DNA of 61,405 nt, the filler included, from Platydemus manokwari (lineage: Eukaryota): NCBI GenBank assembly GCA_037951405.1. It is 5 parts of 5 records of this genome, joined end to end, with 100 filler letters (N's around TTAATTAATTAA, not from the genome) between each part and the next. Parts side by side here need not be neighbours in the genome. Positions count along the whole stretch, not along the records: positions 11,047 to 20,243 come from JBBMOY011284539.1; positions 20,344 to 31,672 come from JBBMOY010757759.1; 3 more parts are not named here. One strand, given 5' to 3'. The position numbers and the translations under genes are program-made. Position 1 is the first letter of the stretch, and the number at the start of each line of letters is the position of its first letter. Of this stretch, positions 14,201 through 26,700 are shown in pieces. The notes under the pieces are model-generated. The model was not told where the DNA came from and made no database searches. It saw only the letters and a list, made by a program, of their open reading frames with translations.

Positions 14201-17200
14201 TTATATTTGTTTTAATCCATTACTGATTAAAACAAAATATTAAATATTTGATTTATTTAGTAAATTTATTACAGAATAAAATGTTCGTATTTACCATATA
14301 ATCGACGTTGCATTGCAGTGAGTTAAATATGTTGAAAATAGCGAGAATATAAAGGATGTTATAAATAAAATATACTATTGGTCTGCCAGGAGTTTCACGT
14401 TGAATGGTCCTGGAAAAAAGTACCAGTTGATTACCAACAGATAGTCCCCCAATAGACCGATTTACTCATCAGTGTCGAATATGAGCTTTATTAGAACCAT
14501 GCCATAATTCGATTTACGATCCTTACAGAAAAAATCAAGCACTCTTCATTATCATTTACTGATTGTGCCTTTTGTTATTGGAATTTTGTTTCCCGTTATC
14601 ATATCTATCATGAAGCCGAGTAATTAAAATAACTGAACACTGGGTTTATTTATCCATTTATATCAAAATATTTAGAACACGAATGATATCTCACAAATAT
14701 TATGACTTTCCTCATTTGGTATATGATGTGTAGAATGATATAAAGTCAGATAAAAATGTCATACCTTTGAAAATTATCAAGGCTTATTAAAAATAGTGAA
14801 TCCTTTCATGTTGATTTCATTGATAAAAGTTTTAAGATTTCTTGAATTACTACTCGTTAATTCTATAATAATCATTATATTAAATACAATAGAATGAAGC
14901 AGAATATTTAAATGATGAACAATGGCTTATTTTCAGAGAGATAATACCGAGAACAATATGAGAAACTGGAATATCACAAAGCTTGTTATGGAATCGATGC
15001 TTGACGAGATTCAATTATTTAATAGAGAGATTTGTAAAATCCATACACAACTTCATCAAATATTCAAAATTCCCGAAGACAATCTCATTGATATGGATGA
15101 ATCTCTGATTGATGTGTGTTGTGCACTGGTTGAAGAGCGAGTTCCTGAACCCTGGTTGATGCTCATGGAAAGATCTTATGTTCACACAACTCACAGACTT
15201 ACATCATACGTCAAACGTTAGATCATTGTCTGTTTAATAAATATTTTTCTATTGAATTTTTTAGATCTAACAAGAAGACATCACCAGCTATCGGAATGGC
15301 ATCAGAAAATTCAAATACTACCTAGCAAATTATCAGAAAAGAATTATTCTATTCCATCACCATCGTTATGGTTAGCTGGTCTGAAAAATCCCAAGGCTGT
15401 ATTTTTTGGAATGAAACTCAATTATTCGATTCGTGAAAATAAAGATTTGAAAAAGGTAAATTCCTTTTATTTATTTTTTTACTTTTTATATGTATTGTTT
15501 CTGTGTAGGTGAAAATTGTAGCTGTTTTCCCCGAGACGAATAAATATTTGACTAATATTAACATTATCGATACATTTTTAATTGGTGCTTTTATTGATTT
15601 TGCTGATAAAAATCTCGTCTTGGCCGATAGGTTTGAATTTTTTTTGAAATGATATCATTTTTTTTTAATATTATGTTTAGACAAATGATTAATCCTGTCT
15701 CAAGGATTCATCTTCAAGCTATTTACGAAGATGATTTAAATCGTACACATTCACACTATGAATGTCCTGTCTATACAGATTTGGTATGAAATTGTAAAAA
15801 CCGAACTTTTTATTTTATTTTTCTCTTTAGTCTCGAACTCAATTCATTGATCAGATATTATTTTCCTGTCCTCAGATTGAATCGGCTATTTTATCAGGGG
15901 TTTTTCTGGTTTTAGATATCGGTCTGTTGAATTAATAGATCATTTTATCAATTCCATATTTTTTATAGGTACGGAGATGAAACAATTGAGAAAGGAATTG
16001 ATTCCGGTTCTTGTTCCTCCCTCTATTATCATGAATGAATCTTCCACTCCAATAGTTTCGTTGACACGGAAACTTTATGAAGATAAATTTACTTTGTTGC
16101 ATACTTTACATGAAGAAGATGAAAATATTGAATCTACTGATGACATCATCGATACCGGTGTGAGTACCAATGCATCAAACAGTAGCAAGCTGCCATATCA
16201 ATCATCAGACGAGCAGAGATCGCAAATATCAATGACGTTAGTTACTATAGTTTTACGTCTGATTTTCAAAAGTTATTTTAGGAAATTTTCACCTCTACCT
16301 CCTGAAATGGGATTGACAAGAGAAAAACAGAATCTAATAGATCAAAATGATCAGCAAGAATCTCTACCAAACTCTGAAACAAGTACGATAAGAAGTGAAA
16401 ATCAGGAATTGAAAAACAATCTGATTTCTGATAAGAAAATAGAAAAGAAAGATGATATTTACCCAGTTAAAATAAACCAAGCAAAAAGTTCAACTCAATT
16501 AGATGAGCTTAATAAAATTGATTCGAATTCAGAGAATATTGACGACAAGGAAGTAGGCGGAAACATGCAGATGACAATCGATGAATCAGTTCAAGAAGAT
16601 GTGAACGACACATCTCTAATTGTTGAGCAAAATGTTCAAGAATCTCAATTCATTGAAGAAGCAAAAGAAGAAAGATTTGAAAAATTTGATTATGATGTCT
16701 CTGAGGAAGTTGATAAAAATGAGAGCGAAAAGCTAATCGATTTTAATGGAAGCAATAAATTGGATGAAAACGAATTTGAGACAAGTACGAAAACACTTGC
16801 TATTGGTCAGGAAAATGTGGAAATTTCTCACTGTCCAGATAAGGAGCAAGAAGTTAAAGTTGAATTAGAAAAGGACGAATTTGATATGGATGACAATGTA
16901 AAAGAAGATCTTGCATTTTTAGATGAAACTAAAGAAAATGACGAGGAAATGATTGAAAGAAAATTATTCTCTGACGCGAAAACTAATGATTTAAATGAGG
17001 ACACTGGTGGAGTACCTGATGATAAAGATATCTCAGAAGAAAAGGTTGATGAAAGGACAAAAGTGGAAGAATTTAAAGTGGAAGAAAATAAACTGGAGTC
17101 AAATGAGAAAGAAGAAAAAATTGATAACATCGTTGTAGGTGATAATGAAGTCAATGAAGAAGTAAATAATGCATTCATTATAGCCAATGAAAGTTCAGAA

Positions 17201-17788
17201 ACAGATGATTGCAGTAATAATATATTGATTAATAAAGAAAATAATGAAGAAATAAGTGAAAGACAAGCTGAGAAACTAGAAGTGTCTGGAGATGATAATG
17301 TAAAAATAAATAGAATAAGCGATGAGGAAAAGATCGATGAAGTTGAAGAAAATCAGTTGAAAATTGATAGCAAGGATAAAATATCAGAACGGGAAATAGA
17401 TAAAATAGTCGTTCAAGAAGAAGATACTGATGGAAAAGATTTAGATGAAGTAATGGACTTTTATCATCAGGATACAAATAATGAGCTTGTTAATACTGAT
17501 GATAGGAATAATCAAAAGGAATTAATTGATAAAATCGATGAATATGATGAGAGTAGAGAAAGAGAATTGAAATTGGATAAAGACGAAAGAGAATTTCCTA
17601 ACGAAAACGATGAATTGATTTTGAACGAAATAAACAAATCAGATGAGGAATTCGATAAAATATCCACTAAATTTCAGAATGATATCAATGAGGATTCTAC
17701 AATTCAAACCAATCAATCGATATCTAAAACTGTGCCTGACATTTCTGAAAATGCTGATTCTAGTCAAATAAATGACTCGATATTTTGA
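11264..17788 (+). CDS. Divergent dynein heavy chain (DNHD1-like), 3' portion: AAA6/AAA-lid region, dynein C-terminal domain, then a probable acidic extension; 5'-truncated by the gap
   Basis: Frame-consistent exons: 11264-11443, 11520-11800, 11861-11999, 13657-14060, 14937-15216, 15265-15455, 15509-15630, 15681-15783, 15831-15921, 15969-17788. Dynein C-terminal motifs: LDEIQLFNREICKIHTQL, ALVEERVPEPW, LTSYVKHLTRRHHQLSEW, LWLAGLKNPKAVF, FLIGAFID, HYECPVYTD, RTQFID, SGVFLVL. Confidence 0.78.
12700..13320 (+). mobile_element. mariner (DD34D, Hsmar1/cecropia-like) transposase relic in dynein intron
   Basis: Degenerate translation IGKVKKFDKWIAHEPIENQKQKPL...FLN*IVRCDDK*IQYE...RPHTAQ...NHPSYSTV...IDY matches the mariner motifs WVPHEL, IVTCDEKW, NARPH and YSPDLAPSDY. 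Many stops and frameshifts. Confidence 0.85.
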
Positions 17789-18277
17789 TTTAACATTTTG
17801 ATTGTTTCACTGATGAATTTGTAGTTGAATTATTTTTATCTCATTTCTAGTTGATTGTTGTTTGATTACGATTAAATATAATATTTTTTGATATATTGAA
17901 TTGTTTTTTATATTTATTTATCAGATATAAATTTCACTAGGAAAACAATCGATTGAGTAGAATAAAATTAATTTATATACTAATATCGATTATGTAATGG
18001 AAATGGATTTCTAAAATTATTACGAATAATCCACAAACAAACTGTTATATATTTGATTCTGTGAAAATTATGCCAAAATGCAAACCGGATTTTGGATATT
18101 GATTCCCGATTTTGGTTTAAATCTATCACAATATAATTAATGATCATGAACTCAGTGTGTTGATATTTATATTTATTTATTATCATTGAGAAAGTTCAGG
18201 TTATGTAATGATCGATTTGATTATAAAAGCTCTAAATTGAATTCAATTGAAAGACAAGATTGGCTTGAATTGTAAAA

Positions 18278-20150
18278 ATGTCATCAAATCTATTGAAACA
18301 ATTGATCTGTCTAATAGTCTATGTTATTGTCGTTGGTTGTGACAATATTCGCGATGTTCCCGTTGAAATACGAATTTTAAAAGTAGGTGATGATACGAAA
18401 TTGGAATGTCTACCCAAACAAATCAATTACAATGATTCTAACATCCAAATACATTGGGAAAGACCACTTGGTACAATTATCAAAAAAGGACCTGTCATGT
18501 ATTTGAAAAACGTACAACTGGTAGACAGTGGAAATTATACTTGTAAAGCTATTGAGACTATCAATAGGAGATTGATTGAAAATACTGTAGAAGAAATGAT
18601 AATAAGTATTGTGGAATAAATTTTAACCCATTCATATTTTGATTGTAATCATTCATTGTAGATTCCAGAAGTCGAGTTGTTGCTAAGCCACAAATTGAAG
18701 TGATGGAATTGAATAACACAAATGACAGCCATTTAATTGAAACACAATTCCTGAAATTACAGTGCATTGTGACCAATTGGAATAGTTCCTCATATCGAGC
18801 TCAATGGATCAAAGAATCCAATGGAAAAATTTATGGTTCGAAGAATGTTCTTTACATTCCATCCGTTGTCAAAGAAAGAGACGAAGGTCGATATCGTTGT
18901 GAAGTCCAACGTAAAGATAGTCCATCTCAAACATTTAAACATCATATCGATGTATCAATCACAAGTAAAATTGGAATTTTTATCACATTACAGAAATAAA
19001 CATCAATTTTCAGAACCCTCAATCACAACGACAATCATGCCAACGGAAAATTTGAATATTCGTGGTAGGATTCACCGAAAATGTATTGGGTTTCAATTGG
19101 CCAATCAAAATGAAAAAGAAAAATTTTCTTTCCGTTGGATCGGTCCGAGTGGAAACGTTGTGTCTCACAGTTCGATATTACAAGTGCCGATCAATGATGA
19201 TTCCATTACTGGAACTTATGAATGCCAATATTTTTCAATGCGTTCCCACGTGATGTATGCCTCACGAATAAATATTACCAGTTCGTTGAAATATGATGAT
19301 ATTAATACATGATATTAATACACCTCCTTTTCAGACATTTCCATGAAAACAACAATGAAAAATTATTACAATATTGCTATTATTACATATCCAGAACTAT
19401 TTAAGTTGAATGAAAGATTTTCCATGCGTTGTCAAGTGGCTCCAAGCATGAAGAATTTGAAATATAAATGGTTCTTAAATGGTAAACTTTTTGAAAACGT
19501 TCAAACTCTCATATTTCCTAAATTCACCAAACAAAATCTTGGACTCTATGAATGCGTTGCTACGGGAATCAATGAAAATGGAGTGGAAATTTTCCTCGGT
19601 GCCGAAAGCAGACAGAAGATTAATTATTTCTATAATAACCAATTTGGTAAAATTTTATTATAATAATATTTTAATCTTTTAGTTTCATCGATAAATTTCT
19701 TGATATTTTATGACTTTTGGAATTGCTTTAACGATTTCTTTCATTTTAATTTTTCGCAGCCATCTCTACTGATTATTAGAATCAATTTTGACCTTTATGA
19801 TTTCTCTCTCAATGTCATCAATTCTATTTCTCTTATTTATTAACTTTTCGTGTTAAATTTTACAGAATTGGTAGAAAATTCTGGAGCAAATATTGCTATG
19901 CAACGTAATGAAAAGACTGAACTTCATTGTGAAATTGAAGATACTGACAGTTTTAGTGGAGCTGATGTCGAGTGGTTTTTTAAAGGAAAGAAGATCACCA
20001 AACCGGAGATGACATCGTACAGATTACAGAGATTGGACACTCTATTGGTCAGTATTCTCATTATTGAGAGAAATGGGTTTGAAAATGAAGGTCATTATGA
20101 GTGCGAAGTTGGATTTGTTAGGAAATCGGCCACTGTTGTTCTAGATATTG
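18278..20150 (+). CDS. Secreted or cell-surface immunoglobulin-superfamily protein with at least 5 Ig domains; 3'-truncated by the gap
   Basis: Signal peptide MSSNLLKQLICLIVYVIVVGC. Exons 18278-18605, 18662-18964, 19014-19280, 19335-19646 and 19866-20150 are all joined by phase-1 introns. Each encodes one Ig domain with C...W...GxYxC (DSGNYTC, DEGRYRC, ITGTYEC, NLGLYEC, NEGHYEC). Confidence 0.9.
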
Positions 20151-20157
20151 GTAATTT

Positions 20158-20243
20158 TATAATTATAATCATAATGATAAGAATTATGATAATAATGATA
20201 ATGATAATAATGATCATAATTTTGATAATAACAATAATAATAG
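20158..20243. repeat. (ATA/ATG)n microsatellite in intron at contig edge
   Basis: Imperfect ATAATG/ATAATA run; it explains the spurious poly-Ile tail of ORF 19850..20299. Confidence 0.85.
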
Positions 20244-20343
20244 NNNNNNNNNNNNNNNNNNNNNNNNNNNNNNNNNNNNNNNNNNNNTTAATTAATTAAN
20301 NNNNNNNNNNNNNNNNNNNNNNNNNNNNNNNNNNNNNNNNNNN
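20244..20343. other. Assembly gap/linker
   Basis: 44 N + TTAATTAATTAA + 44 N. Confidence 0.98.
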
Positions 20344-20844
20344 CCGCCAACATTAAATAATTCGATTTTCTTTGTCACCCACTTTTATATTTATAAATTT
20401 TATTATTATTATTATTATTCCGTCTTCAAGTAAATTATTATCATTATTATTATTTTCCATTTATTTCAAGCTTTTATTATTAATTCATCCAATTTTTTAA
20501 AAAAATGCAGTAATTTTTTCATAAAAAATCACAAAATCTTTACTAATAAAAAGTTAAGATTAAAGATCAAATCACTACAGTTAAATCAATTGTCTTCATC
20601 AATGTCCACTTTCCATCTCTGCAAGCTTTGATAATAGAATTGGCATTGTTCGGATTTGTTTTTTATCTTCAGGTAGGGTGAAAACAAGAATTGAGATAAT
20701 CCCATTGATGGCTGTTTAGAAGATATTACTGTATATTGAGTTAATCCGGCTCTGTAACACTATATATGTACACAAATACACGCTTTATAGCCATCTGATT
20801 AGTTTCTATTTATGAATACTCAATTGGTGTTTCGATGTTTCTGT

Positions 20845-21200
20845 TTGGTTACGCGAAGGTAAAGAATCTTTTTTTAGGTTGTTAGTTTTAATCAAGAATT
20901 ACGTTTACGACACCAAGATAAATGTGAGTCTGGTTGTTTAGGTAATGATTTGGTTTCGTCAATATTATTTCAGTTGTTTGATTGGAGAGCATTACATGTG
21001 ATTATCGACCAATATCGAATTTTTTCTGGACATTAAATGTATTGGTGACAAACACAAAGCAAAAATAATCCAATTCGATATTGAAATAGTTTGTTCAGTT
21101 ATTAACCAAATATAACGAATTCGTTGAATAGATTTCACACAGATTGACTCACAAATGACTATTTTGAGAAATTAAGTGGGTAAGCTTGTCGATAACGCGA
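20845..21200 (+). mobile_element. Possible Penelope-like reverse transcriptase relic
   Basis: IGDKHKAKIIQFDIE at ~21040-21085 resembles the PLE RT motif (K..FIQFDI..FYPSI). The flanks are heavily decayed. Confidence 0.4.
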
Positions 21201-22899
21201 TGAACAAAAATTTATTGATTTTGTTCGCTATAGGTTGGGGATGTTGTTTTTTAAAAAATTAAAATTAATGTCATACATTTAGCTCCGATTAATGTTATAA
21301 AATTATGTTTTGTGAACCAAATAACTTGCGTAATAAGTTTCTTTAAGATTCACAACGTGATTATGTTTCTCGGAATTCTTAAAACCTTAGCAAAACATCT
21401 CCGAGTCCTTACCGTTTTAAGTGCTTAAATCGTATTCCAAATCTCATAGTTTCGAAAATATGCGGGATATATGGTCATGAAATCACCCGAGTAATTATCC
21501 CTACAACTCATAATAATTTTTTTATTCATTGATGAGAAAACCCAGGGATTTTCCTTCATCCTGCTCGTAATATAACTTCCTCCTGATCATAAAAGAATTC
21601 ATCCGGAAGGCTAGTAAAAATACGGAAACATTATATTTTAATTATTGTTTTATTTTTATTTTCATTATTATTCTATTTATTTATTCATTTAATTGTTGCT
21701 TGATTTTATGTTTTTTAAATCCTTTGCACTATTTATTATGATAAAATAATTTTTTAATAATTTTTTAAATTCCTTTATCGTCCCATTTCATTTGGATTAT
21801 TTTCGTATTTAATATTTTTATATAAATATAATTATTATCAAAATCATCGAGGATTGTCAGAATTATTATGATTATGCAATTAAAATCACTGTGAATAATA
21901 ACATAAAAATAAGCAAGCAAAGTAAATTTATTGAAATAATTGTCATTGAGTGTTATTGTTGACGTAATTGATATTATTGGATCTGGAAATGGATTTTCAT
22001 TTGAATTTGGTTTGGATTGGAATTCGAAGATTTATTTTTTGGAATTTGACTTAAGGATTTTGTGTGGATTGCAAATTAGTGAATTGTTGATAATTTGTTG
22101 ATGGGATAAATTGTTGATTATGGGATATTTATTGATTTGTGCTCTTCATCACTAACTTTATATCAAATAACCAAAACGTCTTTATCAACAATAAATACTT
22201 TATTCAACATTTATAACAGATACAAAATAATTTTTACGGATGTCCACAGCAACCACAAATGTCAGATTTGTCTCAAATAATGGTGCCGCGTAGATATGAG
22301 TGTCACGTTTAGGCCTGTTAACTTGCGGTTAATGTTTAAATGTCTTATGTTTTAGTAAATTACTCATATTATTTTTATTTTTATCAACGTTTTAAATCAG
22401 TCTCTATGTGGTTATGTATTGCAGTCTTAAAGTGTAATGAACTTAACTATAATGCTTATTTTGAGTCAAGATCAATGGATAATTTTATGAACGGCATCGA
22501 AAGAAATCATAATTTCAGTCTCGATTGATTTTTTTGAAGTCTCGATTTAATAATTATCTCTGTAGGTCTCATATTTATCTCAAATGTGGTATACAATAAT
22601 TGCTATTGGAAATCAAGTATGAATTTAAGTATTTTACTGGGTACACAACTATGTAACTAATGGGATGATAATAACGGTTTAATACTGACAGTAATAAGAC
22701 AACATGACGTCATAACTTTTATTAATTCGAAGACTAATATCTGAAGATTTAAACAAATGCCAGATAATATGGAACTTCTCCGATTGTTTTTTAAGTTTTA
22801 TTCAACCACTCAGTTCATCTAGGCTTGGGTTGTGCATGGCAATCAAGAGGTACTTGGTACGGACTTAGGAATTTCAAAGCGATATCCGTTCTTCGTTAT

Positions 22900-23735
22900 C
22901 TTGTGTGTTTCTTTCTTCACAGAGGAAATTCGACTGGTTCTCTTTTGCACAAATCTTAGGTTTATTGCCATTGGTTTGAGCTGGTTTTCCGTTTCTTTGG
23001 TGATCTATTCATGATAATTTGGTTCATCTAAACGCAACCGAGACATATAAATTCGTCTCAGAAACAAAATCTCGAAGGGTGAAAATCGAATTAAAGTTTT
23101 ATACGTTGCGTTATGGTGAATTCAATTTGGGGAATTTTCAAACTACTTTTTAATGTCATTATTGTTACTAGCATGTCTCTATTTTGAAACATGTATCTGG
23201 TGCTGATAGGGTGAAGTAAATTCTTGTTTTATTCCAAAGCCTATTGCCAATTCTCGCCGTTTTTTACCTTCTAAACTTTTACCATGATCGATAAGTCTTA
23301 ATTTTTAGGCACCATATATATAAATCCAATCATTAATACTTGAATTAGAAATGCTGGTCTTGCCCGGTCTTACCATTTTACTGAATCTATCAACAGTAAC
23401 TGATAGATACTTGGTTCTGGTTTCAAACTATTCAAAATGAATTCTTTCTCCAACCACGATTTGTTACATATGGGGTGAATTCTTATAATCATAATTTCCT
23501 TTGATTGACCAGTATAAGCCTTCTGTTTTATACAAATATCATATTTCTAAATTTCATGCTCAATGTTTAGAGACAATTTTGGCCAGTAGTAAATATTATG
23601 TATAAAATCAACCAATTTCTTATTGCTGATAAGACATAACTCCACATGGTGGTATCCAGTTAATTTCTGCGAATGTGATTCTGGTATAATAATTCGCTTC
23701 TTTCCAAGCAAAAGTTGTACGTTGACGAATATTTA
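22900..23735 (-). mobile_element. Ty3/Gypsy LTR-retrotransposon integrase relic
   Basis: The minus strand gives KRIIIPESHSQKLTGYHHVELCLISNKKLVDFIHNIYYWPKLSLNIEHEI*KYDICIKQK (zinc-binding HHCC region), then WIYIYGA*KLRLIDHGKSLEG...GFGIKQEFTSPYQHQ and FSPFEILF (rve core). Contains stops. Confidence 0.85.
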
Positions 23736-26700
23736 ATTAATTATGAAATTGAAGGTAAGTTAAATTCGAGCCGAAGTTTATAGTAATCAATAAAGCTATT
23801 AATTAATGAAAAGGTTTAAACAAGCGGTTATTTGAAGCAAAGTGGCGAATGAATTTGGGGATGAGATTAATTGTAAAGTAATTAGAAGCGCTCAAGAATT
23901 GTCCCACAAAGTTTTCAAAGTGTTAACATAAATTGTAATATGATATACAAATACTATTTTACTGCTGACCATGTCATTAATCTGTCTATATAGAATGCCT
24001 GCCATGATTGTATAACGAAACAACTATCTATTCCATTGTGTTAGCATTTTCATGAAAAATGACAGTTACTTTTCAATAAATAAAAACGGCTTTTAGGTGA
24101 GCATCATTTTTATTGTGAAGAATGTTCAATTACAAAAGTTTTAACTAATCAAATTATCTTAATTAATTAATTTTGTTTTGTCATATATTTTGTCAAATCC
24201 ATGCAATTTCTATCGAAGATAAATGCAGTTACTCATAAGCATAAAATAATCCATACAAAGTAAGGAAAACTATTCGTAGTTATTTTTGAGTTAAGTGATT
24301 ATTTAAAACTAATTAAAAAATAAATTCGAATCGTATCTCAAAATGTTTAATTCTATTGAACTATTCCATTGAAGATAGGGTGTTACTCACAATTCCATAA
24401 TTATGAATTTGAACAGTGGTCAGATGTATACGTTTTATCGATTGTTTCTAACATGTCGAGACTCATGAGCTTACGAGTAATATGTTCGCCATCACGGTTT
24501 TATCTTCTCGGTAATTCGCATCTAAATCGTCTTTAGTACGAAGTCCATTCTTGTTTTTATTCAATTACAAAATACTTTGGTTTTTATACAATTCTAGCAA
24601 ATTCACATTATTATTTTTGAACAAATTTCTTTTTGAAAATACTCTCCTGTAAATCAATTCCGCTATTCCTGAATTGGTCGTTTTGTAATTTATAATTTTA
24701 ATATTTTATTCTTACCTTACAATGATAACTCTTATTTGATGTTTTGGAGTATTGTTCTTTTTCCTTTGAATTGTTATAAACAACACATTTTTTATTTTGA
24801 ACACTTAAGTTTGATTTAAAATTTTTACTGGCTTTTAAAATTTATGTTCATTAATTGACTCAATCAATCCTATAATATGCCTGTTTCATAATTCCTTATT
24901 ATAAATTACCTAATTTAAAAACTTTTTATAGCTCTATTACACAATTTATTTACGAGTTGATTACAAGGGCTTTCAATTTTCTCTGAGTTATCTCAGTTGG
25001 AATTTAAATTTACACTTAAAAAGGTCTATAAATTCGTAGTTATAATTGATTATATTTATTGATTTTCGAGAAATGTGTTTTCGTGGAAAATAATCTATTG
25101 TTTTATTGCTGTTTTGTGAAAAATATAATTAAATTAGCTGCGGTTTGATAATTCATTAATATGATTTTATTCCTAATGTTCTTTTTTTTTTTAACTTTTA
25201 ACTCTTCATACTAGAGTAATATGCTTGTCAAAAAGTTATTCATTCATTTTATTTCAATATTCTATTGTTTTAATCTTTTTGGATTTTTTTAAACTGTAAG
25301 GTATTCTGTTTTTAAATTTTGTTAATGATTATTGAAATCTGGAAAATTAATGTCTCGAATTCCATGTAAGGTTTGCATTTGATTGAGAACCGATAAAAGT
25401 AAAATTATTTAGAACATTAAATAATAATTGATGAATGATTTGAAAAATCTAACGTAAAAATTCTTTCCTATCGATTAAATTCGAAATAATATTTGATAAT
25501 TTATCAATATTTAATGCGAACATATCAATATGTCGTGTTTCATCGAGTAAATTCGTGCGAATGTTATTTTATACTAAAATTTATTCTAGCCTTTTCACCG
25601 TCATTATGGACTGTTGATTTATTCTATATTCTTTTTTGATAGATTCCATGATTGAATAAGATAAGATTGCACGTATGAGATATTTATTGAAAAGAATTTA
25701 ATATTAAATTATACTAACTAAACGAGGCGCTTTGTATATAGGTCTAAACAAATATTTAATAGTGCTGAAGACAATTGAGTAAAAATGAAAGATTCTAAGT
25801 AGTTGAAAACCTAATTTCTATTAGAAAATCATTTCACGCCTATTTATTTTCCTGATGTAATGATTTTGTATAATTTATTTAAAATTCAATAGGACAGTGA
25901 TAATAATTTATCTTACTAGATAACACGCTTTTCCTTCTTGTTTGAAGTTTTATTGAGGATTCAGTAAATAATTTTACACTGACTCCGGATAATTTCAATA
26001 GATCGTCTTCGACTACGTAACAAGGTTATGGAGTAAGTATTTACAATTGTTGAACTTCGATTTTCCTTACCAAAAAGTCATAATTACTCTGACTCATCTC
26101 TTATTAAGAGCATCGCCTACAAATTCAAAGTCTTTTAATTTTGATAGTTTACATGATCGTTTATTTGCTGTTTTGTGTTACACAACAATTCAGTTAGTTA
26201 TTTTCAATAAACTAAATTTAAATGAGCTTTTAATTTAAATACTTTTATTCTGATAATAGACAGTTTATTTGCTAATATTCAAGAATTCAGGCACGATAAT
26301 TTTATCTTCTTTATTCATAATATTTAACAACTTTTAATTAATGGTTCGGGCTTTTATCAATTTATCGTGTTACTATAGATTGTGTTTTATTATCTTACAC
26401 CATGAATGATTTTATATCTCAGTTTGGAAGGCTTCCATAGTCATATGTTTATTTTTAATCTATTTCTGTTTATTAGTTTATCCTTTGGTTTTTGGTATTA
26501 TTTTATTTTATCATCATTCTCGGCCAGGGCTAATTGAGATATTAATTGCAGATTATTTTAATCGTTATCGTCCTTGATCCTAAAGTCTAACTAATAATTA
26601 CCTTTTATCTATTTTAAATTTAAGCACATTTAATATTGATTTTTACAGTAATGTATATATTTAAAATAAAAATATAGTACAATTTCAAAAACACACACTT

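Noticed and set aside
16828-17477. Ser/Phe/Leu-rich minus-strand ORFs
   Set aside because: Antisense shadows of the Glu/Asp/Lys-rich exon.
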